Part shown: positions 1 to 11,964 of the stretch, one piece after another | Numbering within the stretch: the first letter of the stretch is position 1 | Layout of the letters: each line of letters begins with the position of its first letter | DNA from: Lepidodermella squamata | Lineage: Eukaryota; Animalia; Gastrotricha | Direction of reading: 5' to 3' | Length of the DNA stretch: 64,000 nt | NCBI GenBank assembly: GCA_047495785.1 | Contig: JBLDXI010000007.1 | Location: 2,604,001-2,668,000 of the forward strand | Position numbers and translations under genes: made by a program | The notes under the pieces: model-generated | The model's input: only the letters and a program-made list of their open reading frames with translations | Database searches by the model: none | What the model was told of the DNA's origin: nothing

Positions 1-200
1 TAAGTCTCAGAACTGCACTCAAAAAAGCAACCCAATAAGCAGGTTTCATGAAAAATATTTATTTTGTAAATCTTTTGAACGGCATGCCAGAGCCAATATC
101 AACATCAACTGATTGCTGAGTGTCATTTTACATTTTACATCGAAATATCTAATTTCGTGATATTTACCAATGATTATTTCCTAATAGAGGGTAATACGAT

Positions 201-612
201 TTAACGACGACCCAAGCCAACGATAGCTGGCTCAAATTGGCGGTAGGAGTCGTCGTAATCTGATGCGATTTTGTTATAGTCATCTTCATCGTCATTTTCA
301 GCATCGTTCATACTGCTGCCGTAAGGATTGTAGGGTGCTGCATTCATACTGTCTCCAGATTTCAGTGATGGGTGGTTCCCTTGTAAGCCCATTCGAGGAT
401 CGTATCGACGCTTGATAAAATTTCACAAAAACTTAAAAAATGGAAAAAATGAAAGAAGTACGAAAAATAATTTCCCACAGAGCTAGGCTCCGTCATAATT
501 AATTTTAGGAATTTTCCTTAGAAGCCTCTTTTACCTGGAGAATAAGTCCATATGCTGCATCGTGGGCCATCAAATAAATGACAGCAAATACGAAGCACAG
601 TTTGATAAACAT
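201..612 (-). CDS. Neuropeptide precursor, predicted mature peptide pQFEPAIVGL-amide; 2 exons (612-535, 410-201)
   Basis: Exon 1 encodes the signal peptide MFIKLCFVFAVIYLMAHDAAYG. A phase-0 GT-AG intron (534-411) joins it to the ORF with an acidic spacer ending R-QFEPAIVGL-GRR-stop (amidation Gly plus dibasic site). Confidence 0.75.
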
Positions 613-878
613 GTTGACGAAGGAGTTTGATATATTCGAAAATATTTTGAAAATAGAATTATGTGGAATCAGGCTTTATTCCGGTCAAAGCGTTAAAACG
701 TGGGATTGTCAAATGTGGGCGGCAGTTGTGACCAGTACAGCTGATTGCTGAGTGCTAACACGAGCTAATTAAGAGACCGCTATTCAATTCTCTTCGGAGT
801 TTTCGCCATCAATAATTCATAGGCTTCCACACTTCCACGCTCCTCTGAGAGCGGCCCATCGCATGATACTCAGTTATA

Positions 879-886
879 TGACGTCA
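879..886. promoter_or_regulatory. Perfect CRE palindrome (TGACGTCA) about 270 bp upstream of the first neuropeptide gene
   Basis: Exact 8-mer; CREs are common in neuropeptide promoters, but an 8-mer can arise by chance. Confidence 0.3.
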
Positions 887-1050
887 CACGACACATTTCA
901 AGGTGGAAAGTTATTTTAATAGAAAAAATGTATAACCTGACAGATCTAAGTGGTCAAAGTCGCAGGAAAATTCAGAAAATATTAAGCGGAACATTTTGTT
1001 GAGTTATGGTGATTTTAAGTCTGAAATAATATAGGTTTATCATTGGACAT

Positions 1051-1311
1051 CTAGCGGCGGCCTTGGCCAGCGAGCATAGCCCAAACGTCGCCGTTGAAAT
1101 TCACACCATCGATTTGACGATCGCCAAAGTCCTGTTGGTGGAATCCATCGTCAAATGCGAAATCGCTCAGAAGGCTCGATCGTTTGGAAGCTCTTGCCGC
1201 TTTCGAAAATTTCGATAGCTTCTTGTTGTAGCCTCCCAACGCCTCGGTGAAATCCAGCAGGGCGAGCACAACCAAGAAGACGGCCAAGTAGAGCATGATT
1301 TTTCCTGCCAT
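1051..1311 (-). CDS. Neuropeptide precursor, predicted mature peptide pQIDGVNFNGDVWAMLAGQ-amide
   Basis: Signal peptide MAGKIMLYLAVFLVVLALLDFTEA, KK and KR sites, acidic spacer, then R-Q...GRR-stop. Confidence 0.8.
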   Translation of the reverse strand: MAGKIMLYLAVFLVVLALLDFTEALGGYNKKLSKFSKAARASKRSSLLSDFAFDDGFHQQDFGDRQIDGVNFNGDVWAMLAGQGRR

Positions 1312-2950
1312 TTTGTGTTGATAAAATCTCGTAAATAAAACTAGAAATGAAAAGTGTAAATTTGTAGGACTAAACATTCGTTTGTATACACTGCTACTCA
1401 AGCTGAATAATTGGGGTAAAATGAATTATCGTTTGCAGACAGTTTGAGAGTAGAGGGCGGCTATAGTTCAAGTGAGATAGAAATGTCGCGGTTTGTTGCA
1501 GCGTAAAAAATTGCCGCGTATATATAGTTGCGCGCTTTTAATTAAATTGCGCACTCTAATCCGCGACCAGGGCTGCTTGCGCCCAGACAAAAAAATACGC
1601 AAGTAATCAGCTGATAATCGGATGCTGCGGCTCATTATCATTATCATCGTGGCTTGTTTTTTTGCAAATTATTGACATGGCTTAGGCTCAATTACTACGG
1701 CTGCCGGACGTAGAATGTCACTTCCTGCGCTGTTATTATAAGCAATTTCCTGCGCATTGTGTGGGTTAATACTTTTTGATGAACTCCCCTGCACTTTTAG
1801 GAAGACCGCTTGTCGCGTGGAATGATAATACCGTCGGACGCAGTTGATTAAGCGCGGCGGGGCTCATCGAAATCTTAACCAGGTCAAGTGGTTCGTTTTT
1901 AGATGTTCGATCTAGAATGTAGCTCTAAGTCTTCGTACGTCAGACAAATGATGAAAAAACTGTCACTTGAACTTCGACTTGTGCAGATAGGAATTCGTAA
2001 TCATCTGCCTTTTCTCTGAATGATGAAGTTTTTTCACGAGATTATCTCTTATGACAACAGAGATGAGGACTCCCAAGGGAGCCATTTCAGCGAAATATCT
2101 TCGAGGTTGATCATATGCAAATACACCAACTCCTACTCTAATTGCTGCTCGCCATTGTGAACATATTATCTCTTACAAATTGCTGCGGGACAATCCCCTT
2201 GACGATAATCCACATGTGATTGCCTGAGATTCGATGACGACAGCCAAATCCCAAACGCATACACCTAGAACAGCTTGATTGCTTCGTTGTCGATTAGTGG
2301 TGCGATATCCTATAACCCCAAATGGGCTCCGATAAATCACAAAAAATTGAGAGTCAAAATAAACTCGAAGTAACTTGAAAAAAGACAGGGTCTTCGGGTG
2401 AATGCTTTAACGCTAAGTTCTACGAATTAAATGCTCAAATTTCCTTGCTCAAATTATCCTTCACGTTTTAGCTTTGGAAAGCAAGATATCGGAAATTGCC
2501 GACTTTCCTGGATTTGGAGAGAATTCATTAACCTAGGTAAAACGATTCTCTCATCAACGTCAGCACCAAAACCTCGATTTATGGTAGACTGTCTTGTTCT
2601 GCAACATAATGGCTTTTGAACGTTTCAACCTGTTTCATCTGACTGAAATAAAAATATCCATTCCGTAACGATTTGTATTGGCGTAATGTCAAAAGAGACA
2701 CCGTCACAGTTCCTCTTATTCTTTTACGATGCAATGGGCGAAACATCAGCCAAGGTTGCAGTTTTCTACACAATTTTAGATTTTGAAAGTCATCTACCTG
2801 GATCCTTAAATATAATGGCTATCACGTTCCTTGTTTCTCTTTGTTAACTGTGGGAGGCGGGAGCACGGAGTTTCTACATTTTCATTGTTTTACCGATTTT
2901 CATGCTGAAGGAAAACACATTTCAAAGGCTTTTGTTTCATTAAACACAAA

Positions 2951-3991
2951 ATGTTCTCCTCCATTAAATTGCTAAATCTCTTCGCCTGTCTCGCGCTCGC
3001 CAAGCAAGCCTACGGGAAGAACTGTTTATTCCCATCTGATTCGGCGAACGGGAAGTGGGCTTTGTCGAACAATTCAGACAGCGATGTCACCTTAGACCCG
3101 AAATCGACCTACAAACCTGGATCAGTCCTTGCGTTGGTGTGTGAGCAAGGTTTCCGCCTTTACGGTGGCTCAGCCGAGGTTGTCTGCCTATCATCAGGTC
3201 GCTGGTTTGGCACTCCTAAATGCGCATCATTCCCAAGTTAGTTCCACTTATATAAAATACCAGAAATCCGGGATAATTCATGCATTCTGTATTGAAGGCT
3301 GTGCGGATCTACCTAGGGTGCGTAATGGTTTGATACTTCAACCGAACTCCCTCCTCCAAAATACCAGGAAGTTTGTTTGCGACCCAGGCTATACAGTTAT
3401 CGGCTCGGATAGCTTAACCTGCTCAGATGATGGTGTCTGGGAGCTTGAGGGCTACTGCGTTTTGGCGAGTGCTTTGGCGACAAACAGCCAAAATATCACC
3501 AGCGATCGAACCCAGCAACAACCTGTGAACTGCGCTAACAAATTCTTCCTACTAAGAAAGCCAATGAACTGGACAGCATCGGTTCAGAAGTGCAAAGAAT
3601 CGGGAGGAAGATTGGCCCATATTGAGAACGAGGCCGATCAAGCCAAGGTTCAGCCGCTCATGAGTAAGTCCAATGCAAAATCATGAAATTTTATAATTTT
3701 TCTTATATTAATGAAGCTGATGCTAATTCAAACTGGGGATGTAACGGCTACTTTTTCGGGGCAAGGTCTCCCGACGCAAGCGGACGATTCACTTGGGAAG
3801 ACACTGGTGCGGCATTGACTTACACGAATTGGGCTACAAGGCCAGATGTCCAGCCAGATGGCTATGGTTGCAATGGCAGTCGCGATCCGGGAACATGTGC
3901 TCGAGTTTCGAAAACAGGTCACTGGGATGATGTTTACTGCGCTGATGAAACTGTCCTAGAAGGCGCCATCTGTGAGCGCTTCTGCAGCTAA
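2951..3991 (+). CDS. Secreted protein with two sushi/CCP domains and a C-type lectin domain (3 exons)
   Basis: Signal peptide; CCP motifs CEQGFRLYG..C..W..PKC and CDPGYTVIG..C..W..C; CTLD with C..GG.LA, F.W.D, YTNW, QPD, WDD and ICE; introns near 3238 and 3664. Confidence 0.85.
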
Positions 3992-4235
3992 TGGAACAGT
4001 CTCCTGGAAGTTTTGAACTTTGAGAAAGATTGATCCCGTGAATAGGACTAAATTGCACCTACACATTGAAGAAACAGTGATTCTAAATGCAGGAAGTAAA
4101 TACAACATCTTACTTTACGGAACATCAATCGTGCCGATAAGAAGATTTGTAGAGGAAATAGCCTGTCACAAACTTCCGCTTCAAGCAGCACTCAGATGAA
4201 ATCCGTTGACATAAACATGTGGGCATCTTATTTCA

Positions 4236-5066
4236 CTGGTCACTGGATGATGTTTAGTGCGCCGTTGAAACTGTGAGCGCATCTGCAGCTGAAGACATCG
4301 CTAATGGAACAGTTTCCTGCACATTTTGAACTTTGAAATTATCGTTTTACGCTTTACCCCTGCGAATGGGAATAAGTGGTGTAATGCTGATTCCACTTAC
4401 AGCGAAGAAATAGTGAGTCTGTTTTTAATTGCAGGAAGTCAATTCAACGTCTGATTCTACAAACAAACAACTGTGCAAAGTCACGCCAATGTGAGGATTT
4501 TACAGGAAATAGTCTGTGACAAATATAACGCTTCAAAAAAAATGAGTCCGCTGACATAAGAATTTGGGCATCTTATTTCATAAAACCGACCTCTGATTTG
4601 GACAAACTTAGATCACAGCGATCAAATTGCCGAATTGAAAGCTCAAAGTTGAGTCGTGGGTATTGCTCTGTTACTTTTAATTCCTCGTCTAGGCATGAGC
4701 GCGGTTGAAGAGAAGACGAAAACTTTGCGGCTGTTGAGCTTTGTTCCTTAAACATCCTTCCCTAGTAACACAATGACGGGTTTCGAAAACAGATTGGATG
4801 ATGTGCGCCCACCCAGAAAGCGCCATCTGTGAGCGCATTTGCAGCGAGTGACATATTGCTAATAGCCGGAACGGTTTCCGGAATGAAAAAATGATCATAT
4901 GATTGCACCTGATGCTAGGAAAATAGTGAGCTTGGTACTAATTGCAGGAAGTGGTTCGACCCCCAGACAAATGAAAAATAGTTCAATTTTTTCAATGAAG
5001 CCCAAAAGGACAGTTATTTTCTTTCCAGCAGACAAAAAATGTTCCATTACGGCATCTTATTTCATT
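4236..5066 (+). pseudogene. Decayed tandem duplicates of the lectin 3' end, the spacer and the GPCR 5' end
   Basis: The lectin tail (GGATGATG...TGTGAGCGC.T.TGCAGC) recurs near 4240 and 4795. GGCATCTTATTTCA recurs at about 4222, 4568 and 5051. Bases 4695-4765 read VEEKTKTLRLLSFVP*TSFPS against the GPCR's VEQKTKALRLLSFVPRTSYPG. Confidence 0.7.
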
Positions 5067-5125
5067 ATATAGCCATCCTCAGATAAATGTGATCGGTCAA
5101 ATCGCCGAATTGACAATTCGTTGTT

Positions 5126-7534
5126 ATGCAAATGATGCGCCTCGTTTTGTTTCTCATGATCTTTCATATAAGCTTATGCGCGGTGGAGCAGAAGACGAAA
5201 GCTCTTCGATTGTTAAGCTTTGTTCCACGAACGTCCTACCCTGGTATGAATGGAACAGCTTGCCTATCTTCCTATCAAGTAGCCGTCGATGAAGTCAACA
5301 GAAACCCGAAAATAATACCCGGCTATCGCCTTGAAATAATTGATGACGATGAATCGTTCCTTGGCACGAAGGTTGCCTCATCATTGATTAACCGATTTGA
5401 GCCGAGCAGGGCTGAAGTTCTCGGAGCTAATACATTTTTAGCTCCGATAATCGTAGGGCAGCAAGTCAATTGTCACCTCACGGCTGGTATCACGCGATTC
5501 TTCAACGCAATTCAGTTCACATATGGCTGCAGTGCTATCAACATTCTCATGCCGCGTAGTAGACATTCGGCGTTGTATCGACCCCAAATGCCGATTGAGA
5601 ACACGATTTTCACCGTGGTCAAGTTCATCAAATCGATCGGGAAATGGCGAGAGGTTGGCGTGGTCACCTCCGCGAGACAGGAGGATTACAGCCTGGCGAA
5701 AAGATTCGTTGATGTAGCTTCGGAAAACGGCATTGAACTCGCTACAATGGTTGCTTCGACAGATTTTGTCCAAAACGATTTCGCCTACGAAATGAAGGCA
5801 AGTAAAGCCAGAATTTTCTTTGTCGCGATGGCAGTTCCAAATAATATGCTGGCGTTACGGCTTTTATGCCAAGCTTATCATTATGGCGTTCGGGCCCCTC
5901 ACTATCTTTTCATTATGCTATACGTCAGCAGCTTCCCGTTGGATCCAGCACCAGGTTTTTACCCTAACGAATGCCAGCCAAAATCTATAATTCTCGAGCA
6001 AACTCGGATCATCTTTTGGATTGGTCTGACCAAGAGTTACGGCGGTAGTTTTCGAGGTAAAAGTAGCCTGGGTTACAATTTTACAGAATACGAAGAGAAG
6101 ATGGACGCTGTAGTTGGACGACCTTACAAAACTTTGCCTGATTATGGAAATGATCTCTATTGCCAAGATGCGATGATAGCGTCCATAGCAACGCTCAACA
6201 AAACCGAGTACTTCTTACGAGACATCTACAACATGACGCTGTCAGATTTTTCAAGCCATCCAAACGTGATTCAACAAGTGTTGAACCGTTCTGCGATTGA
6301 GTTGGACGTGGCAACAGTTCGCGTGAATCGTGTCACATTTTCGCCGAGGCTGGAAGTTGAAGTTGAGAATCAATCCATTTCACAGCTATTCGAAACTGGC
6401 CTAAACCATTTGTATAATGTTTATGTCATCGATACGACCAAACCTGGTGGTACATTATCGAATCTTGCAATTGAGGCGTACTCCGAGCCACCGAAACTCC
6501 CGTTCTGGGCAACAAGGTCTGGCAAGCCGCCTAAAGATCTCTCTGAGGTAAAGATAATCCACATACAACTTCCTCGCAGTGCATTTGAAGCATTAATCGG
6601 ATTATCCAGTCTCTCAATTCTCATAATGACAAGCTTCCTCTTAGCCACTGTCTATCTGAAAAGAGTGGTTCGAAAAATGCACAATCCTGCTTGTATTTTT
6701 GACACTACAAGCGCGTTTTTGTTAGGGTCAGGCTGCCTCCTACTCAGCATTTCCGCTTTGATCCACATTTTGGATTTACCTAGCTGTGAATTGATTGTAA
6801 TACTTCCTGTGCTAGGATTCGCGTTGGCAAACGGAGCATTAGCAGGGCGTGCCGTAGGATTTGTGGGTGTCCATAACCGTAGAATAGGAAAAAGGAGCAA
6901 TCCCGCCCGGAATTTTGTTGGAAATCAAAGGATCCATACGAATCAAAACTCGCCAAAGTCCTCGTATCATACCACTAACCAATCAACTCAGTCACAACAA
7001 AAAATAACTGTGGCTTTGAATGTTCATCAAATTTACAAGCTAACAGTACCCGTTACTGCATGCACTGCTCTGATATCGGCTGTACTGCTGATCGTTTGGC
7101 TAGTCGCGACTGAGCCAATTCGGAGGATTGTAGAACTCGGGCCCGTGAGTTACGACGAGAAATTAGATTTATACTCATCCACTTCTCTGGAAAGATGCTT
7201 CAGTCAAACCATTCAGTCTTGGTCGGCTGGTTTCGGAGCTATTAATGCGTTACTTTTATCAGTAACTTGTTTCAAGGTTATTCGAACTAAAAACTTCACT
7301 CGGCCATCAAATCTTCAACTGGATGGAGTAGTTCTGAAATTGGCTGCTATCAACGGCCTTTCAATATTTGCGGGTAGCTTCCTGATCATAGCTACGCTAA
7401 AGCAATGGTTTGATCAGTTGATCACTGTGGCGGCTTTTGAATTGATATTTTCGTTTACGACTTTCATGATTTATTTCTACCCTTTGTGGTCGAGAAACTG
7501 GCCAAAACCAGCACAGTCCAACGTCGTGGAATGA
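5126..7534 (+). CDS. Class C GPCR, GABA-B receptor-like (Venus flytrap domain plus 7TM), intronless
   Basis: Signal peptide, AVDEVNRNPKIIPGYRL, ARIF, CQAYHYG and W...KPPKD before TM1; seven hydrophobic segments; ERC in ECL2; no cysteine-rich domain. Confidence 0.85.
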   Translation: MQMMRLVLFLMIFHISLCAVEQKTKALRLLSFVPRTSYPGMNGTACLSSYQVAVDEVNRNPKIIPGYRLEIIDDDESFLGTKVASSLINRFEPSRAEVLGANTFLAPIIVGQQVNCHLTAGITRFFNAIQFTYGCSAINILMPRSRHSALYRPQMPIENTIFTVVKFIKSIGKWREVGVVTSARQEDYSLAKRFVDVASENGIELATMVASTDFVQNDFAYEMKASKARIFFVAMAVPNNMLALRLLCQAYHYGVRAPHYLFIMLYVSSFPLDPAPGFYPNECQPKSIILEQTRIIFWIGLTKSYGGSFRGKSSLGYNFTEYEEKMDAVVGRPYKTLPDYGNDLYCQDAMIASIATLNKTEYFLRDIYNMTLSDFSSHPNVIQQVLNRSAIELDVATVRVNRVTFSPRLEVEVENQSISQLFETGLNHLYNVYVIDTTKPGGTLSNLAIEAYSEPPKLPFWATRSGKPPKDLSEVKIIHIQLPRSAFEALIGLSSLSILIMTSFLLATVYLKRVVRKMHNPACIFDTTSAFLLGSGCLLLSISALIHILDLPSCELIVILPVLGFALANGALAGRAVGFVGVHNRRIGKRSNPARNFVGNQRIHTNQNSPKSSYHTTNQSTQSQQKITVALNVHQIYKLTVPVTACTALISAVLLIVWLVATEPIRRIVELGPVSYDEKLDLYSSTSLERCFSQTIQSWSAGFGAINALLLSVTCFKVIRTKNFTRPSNLQLDGVVLKLAAINGLSIFAGSFLIIATLKQWFDQLITVAAFELIFSFTTFMIYFYPLWSRNWPKPAQSNVVE

Positions 7535-7709
7535 ATTTGGAATTCTGACTTGAATTTATGATAGTAGTATAGTGAATACGTGTTTAATAAAGAAGTACCT
7601 AATTGAGCCCTCAGAGTCATTACTCCCTAAATAAAAATCGTCAAAGTCACGTGAGGAAAACCTTGAGTTATTTTATTGTTAAAAAATCAACCAGTGAGGG
7701 GTATCAAAA

Positions 7710-8861
7710 TCAGCCCTGGCATTGGAGGTCTGAAAATTGGAGAAAGTTCGATAGAACAAATGGAAGGTGCAGTCGTTCGATACAACTCAACCGATTATAA
7801 CCTGCTGGCAAGTGACGTAGTATTGCTATGCGACATGTGGCTTGCAGCGAAAGAGGGAAGCATCGCCTCAGGAAACCAACCAACCGCCACATTGCCCGGC
7901 GTTGCATCTCATCGGTTCGAACCAAAAAATCGTCTAGAGATTCTGATAAGCGGCGAAAACTGCACTCGGAACTTTGCATGGTCGCAACGAGGAGTCGGGC
8001 GAAGTAGTTAGGCTCGAGCTGAAGTGTTGAGGTTAAATAATCGTCATCTCGGCTCAAAAACGCGGCGACGGCGAATAAATCGTAAACTGACCAGCTTGAA
8101 GCGTTGAGATTCGGATCGCTGTCTTTTGGCGAGAAGCCAAGTTTCCCGCCCAATCGGATCAAAGGAATTATTGCGTTATTCAGTAGTTGCTTAGCCTTCC
8201 AAGCCGGAGTTAGACGTTGGCTGCTTTTGTAGTTCCAAAATAGAAACAACAGACAAACTAACAACGGCGTCATTGTCCGATTCTCGCAGCATAAGGAATT
8301 GAAGAATCGAGCTGGAAGACTCTGAAACAACACAGCTGCAGCTTCAGGCGCATCGATCGCCAGTAGATGCAAGTTGGAAAACGGGTTATCATACAAATTT
8401 TGATGATCGCTATGTTTAAGAAGGATTTTCAGTATTTCAATGCGAGTTTCTATCGATGCAGAATTCATGCGTTGGGCTAAATCGATACTTTGATGGCTAA
8501 TAGCTTGAGCGGTTTGATAGGCATTAGCTACAGCTTCGACGTAGTCTTCTAATGAATTAACATTAGGCAACGGCGATGTGCATTCAGCAGAAATTGCAAG
8601 AAGATGGACACCACTCTTCGATGCGTCGGAAACGATGTCACATCCTGAAGATTCCAGCAGAATGATGATAGCTGATAAATTGCCTCGCATAACCGCGAAT
8701 TTTAGCAGGCGGTGTAAACTTGATTTCGAGCAATGGCGAGCTGTTTGTCGAAGAATTTCGTGAAAATCGAATGATTCGCCTTGGTCATCGAGCCAAATAG
8801 CTGATAAAGCCGCTGCCTCTAGGCATGCATGGTTAGGCATACCACAGCTGTTACTAGTCAT
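7710..8861 (-). CDS. SOCS-box protein with degenerate ankyrin-like helical repeats (ASB-like), intronless
   Basis: C-terminal PLSLQATCRIAILRHL...LHLPFVLSNFL SOCS box; LKFAVMRGNLSAIIILLE and TPLLVC ankyrin-like motifs. Confidence 0.8.
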   Translation of the reverse strand: MTSNSCGMPNHACLEAAALSAIWLDDQGESFDFHEILRQTARHCSKSSLHRLLKFAVMRGNLSAIIILLESSGCDIVSDASKSGVHLLAISAECTSPLPNVNSLEDYVEAVANAYQTAQAISHQSIDLAQRMNSASIETRIEILKILLKHSDHQNLYDNPFSNLHLLAIDAPEAAAVLFQSLPARFFNSLCCENRTMTPLLVCLLFLFWNYKSSQRLTPAWKAKQLLNNAIIPLIRLGGKLGFSPKDSDPNLNASSWSVYDLFAVAAFLSRDDDYLTSTLQLEPNYFARLLVATMQSSECSFRRLSESLDDFLVRTDEMQRRAMWRLVGFLRRCFPLSLQATCRIAILRHLPAGYNRLSCIERLHLPFVLSNFLQFSDLQCQG

Positions 8862-9444
8862 TCCGATTTAAAGGTGAAAAGTGTTTTAAATCTATTGATC
8901 CCGAGTCGTATTGAAGAACTAGAGAAGTGAAAAATCTATTCACGCTGCGATTTTCTTACAGCAGCATTTTTTTCCTATAGCTATAGCTATGTGTAGTGGC
9001 TCTGTGCGGTTTTTTTGGCAACAGGCCTTATATATGTATTTTCAGCTATTATTATATACGCAGCGTAATATTCGATGCGGCTGTCGGGCTAAAATGCATT
9101 TGTATAGTGTGTATTGTATATTATGTATAAGCGCGCGATATGCCCCATACAAAGTGCATGTAAACACATTCAACTTGGCTATGCGGCCGGTAAAAAATTA
9201 GAAATAATTATATTATTATTATTATTTCGCGTATATACGCACTATATTTATGCGTGAGTTGAAGTTTTTTTATTGCGCTCCTCGGGCCATAAGCGTGGTT
9301 GAACGCCGATCAATGGCTGCAAATCATTAGAATCGATATTTTTCGTATAGCCGATATTTTCAAACGTGATCCACTACTTTATTGTGTTGAGACGTAGATA
9401 ATCGAAAACAAAATTAGAAACAGGGTCATTTTCAGTTTTCAGCT

Positions 9445-10025
9445 TCAGTTTTCGGGGCTGATTGCGTTGATTTCTGCATCGATTATTGGAACAAGTTGCC
9501 CGGCCAGCTTGAGCCAGGCAGCAAGATCATCCGGAGTAAATTCTTCCTCGAGTGTTTTCTTCATCGCGGCAACTAAAGCTTTGAAAGCATTCTGGAAAAC
9601 CAAAAAAATGTTATTTGGAATCAATTGGCCTGACTATTTTAAACCAAGTAATCTTCAGCTGAAAGCTGATACTTCATGTGTACTGGCATGCGAACTAGAT
9701 CGCGAACATCAGACTGCAGAGCTTCGATGTCGTCGATTTTCGAAATTAGAGCCACTACAGCCGATGCGACTTTAGGCCCTTGGGTAGCTTGGATCCATTG
9801 ATTCTGAGCCATCTCACACGCACTGGTTCCCTTGAGACGGTAGAACTTGTCATGGTACTGTGGATAGTCGGTGAAGAACCTGTGAAAAGTTATAACAGTG
9901 TCGTAGTGACAGCTATTTGATGCATGTATCATGAAAGCATACATTTGATAAAATAGGGCCATGTCTGAAAACTTGCCAAGAGTTTTATTAATTCTATTTT
10001 TCTCGTCGAGTGACAAATCAACCAT
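9445..10025 (-). CDS. Intracellular globin, copy 1 (3 exons)
   Basis: MVDLSLDEK, FFTDYP, CD1 Phe, E7 Gln (TQGPKV), F8 His (PVH), FTPDDLAAW; introns at the classic B12.2 and G7.0 positions. Confidence 0.9.
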
Positions 10026-10579
10026 TTCGAAGAGTGAAAGAAGAGTGATCAAAGCACTGCAAAGTCAAACGGGAAATTTTTAAGGATATACAACGCGGCC
10101 CTCATTTAAATAGCATATTACAACACAACCAAGAAGGATTTCGACGATAATTAAGACGGATCTGTCTGTTGTCACGACCTCAATACAGTCTCTGCCAAGA
10201 TTACTGCTTATGATGAGCGGTAAATATTTAATTTTAATTTCTACTCGATCACTTCAAGTGCAATACTATCGGTTACAAGGGCATGGTGGTTGATGTAATA
10301 CTGAGATTTCAATAGGATTAAAAGCCGCAACAGTGTCTTGACATCTCTAACATCTTAAGGAAGATTAGGATTAAGCTTCGCCTCACTTGCATGTGCACTG
10401 ACTTAATTCATTCCGAATTCCGAATTTGCACTGGATTTTGTAGCTTTTACAACAATCGCATTGCGAACTAAGGTTTAGTGTTGATTCTGCTAGTATCACA
10501 CTCGGCAATATATTTCGAGTCTTCAGGCCAACATGACTAAAAATTATCATCTGATAATATATTTATTTTTATTGATATC

Positions 10580-10770
10580 ATAGCAAAACGAATGGGAAGT
10601 AAATCCGAGAACGTAAAAAAGTCGGGCAACACATTCGGCAAGCCGGGATACTAAACAGAGCGCAAGCGCCTGTTACCAAGCGGCAGTTGGTGCGCAATTA
10701 GAAAACGACACAGCTGCTACAACGGGAGGTTTTATCGGAGGATCCTGCCCATCCGAACTGCTCATAGCAT
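10580..10770 (-). pseudogene. Internally deleted remnant of a SOCS-box gene
   Basis: Matches the SOCS-box end at 11970-12120, fused directly to a match to 12745-12777 (GGAGGATCCTGCCCATCCGA); contains stop codons. Confidence 0.75.
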
Positions 10771-10871
10771 TCGAAAACACTCGTATATTCAAACTTGTTC
10801 TACCAGTTTATTGTTTCGAGACGAGAATAATCAAAAACATAACTAGACAGCGGTCAGGGTCATTTTCCACT

Positions 10872-11436
10872 TCAGTTTTCAGCGCTGATTGCGTTTATTT
10901 CCGCATCGATTATTGGAACAAGTTGCCCAGCCAGTTTAAGCCAAGCAGCTAGATCATCCTGGGTAAATTCTTCCTCGAGTGTTTTTTTAATTGCGGCAAC
11001 TAAAGCTTTGAAAGCATTCTGGGAAAGCAGAAAAATGTAATTCGGAATAGTTATAGATGACCATTTTAAACCAGGTAATCGTCGGCTGAAAGATTATGCT
11101 TCATGTGCACCGGCATGCGTACCAAGTTGCGAATATCTAACTGTAGAGCCTCTATGTCGTCAATTTTCGAAATTAGAGCCACTACAGCCGATTCGACCTT
11201 CGGCCCTTGAGTCGCTTGAATCCATTCATTTTGAGCTAATGCACCGGTTCCCTTGAGACGGTGGAACTTTTCATGATATTTTGGATAGTCAGTGAAGAAC
11301 CTTTGTAAACAATGTTATGATAGCTGCTGGATGATTACATCACGAAGGCATACATGTGATAAAACAGGGCCATGTCTGAAAACTTTCCGAAAGTTTTATT
11401 GATTCTATGTTTCTCGTCGAGTGACAAGTCGACCAT
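10872..11436 (-). CDS. Intracellular globin, copy 2 (3 exons)
   Basis: Close paralog of 9445-10025 with the same introns, an open frame and a 2-aa deletion in the CD corner. Confidence 0.9.
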
Positions 11437-11964
11437 TTCGTAAGTACATTGACCAAAAACCAAGAGCGCTCAAATCTCAAAATGAGAAATAGTGAAGAGG
11501 AGCTCCTTTATATTCTGTTTCACATAGCGAGCCGGAAGCTTTTGGTCGATAATGGAGACAGATCTGTCTGCTGTCACGAACTCAATACTTTCTCCGCTAA
11601 TATTACTGCACATGATCAGCTTGAAATATTACATTTCAACTACAACTCGATTAGCTGCAATACCGTGCGTTCCGAGGGCATGGCTAATGTTGCTTACGGA
11701 GATTTAAAAAAATACTTGAGAAAGATTAAGATCAGGCTTCGTCTTGCTCGAAAAAGCTGCTTCGTCTGCATCCTAGTGTTGGTGTATGGTGTAGATTCAT
11801 CCAGATTTGTATTCTAGACCCGTTGGAATAGACGATGCGAAATACGTGCGTATATGCGGTTCGCATTTTATTTCTCGAGTTTTGAGGCATTCTGCCTCCA
11901 CGCCAAGTAAAAATAGACCATCAATAATTCATCAATGTTTATTGAAATTAAAACTTCAAAATAG

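Noticed and set aside
8940-9370. TATA/GCGC-rich tract resembling tracts near 1400-1700, 42250-42650 and 44650-45090
   Set aside because: Probably old repeats, but I could not define ends or alignments by eye.
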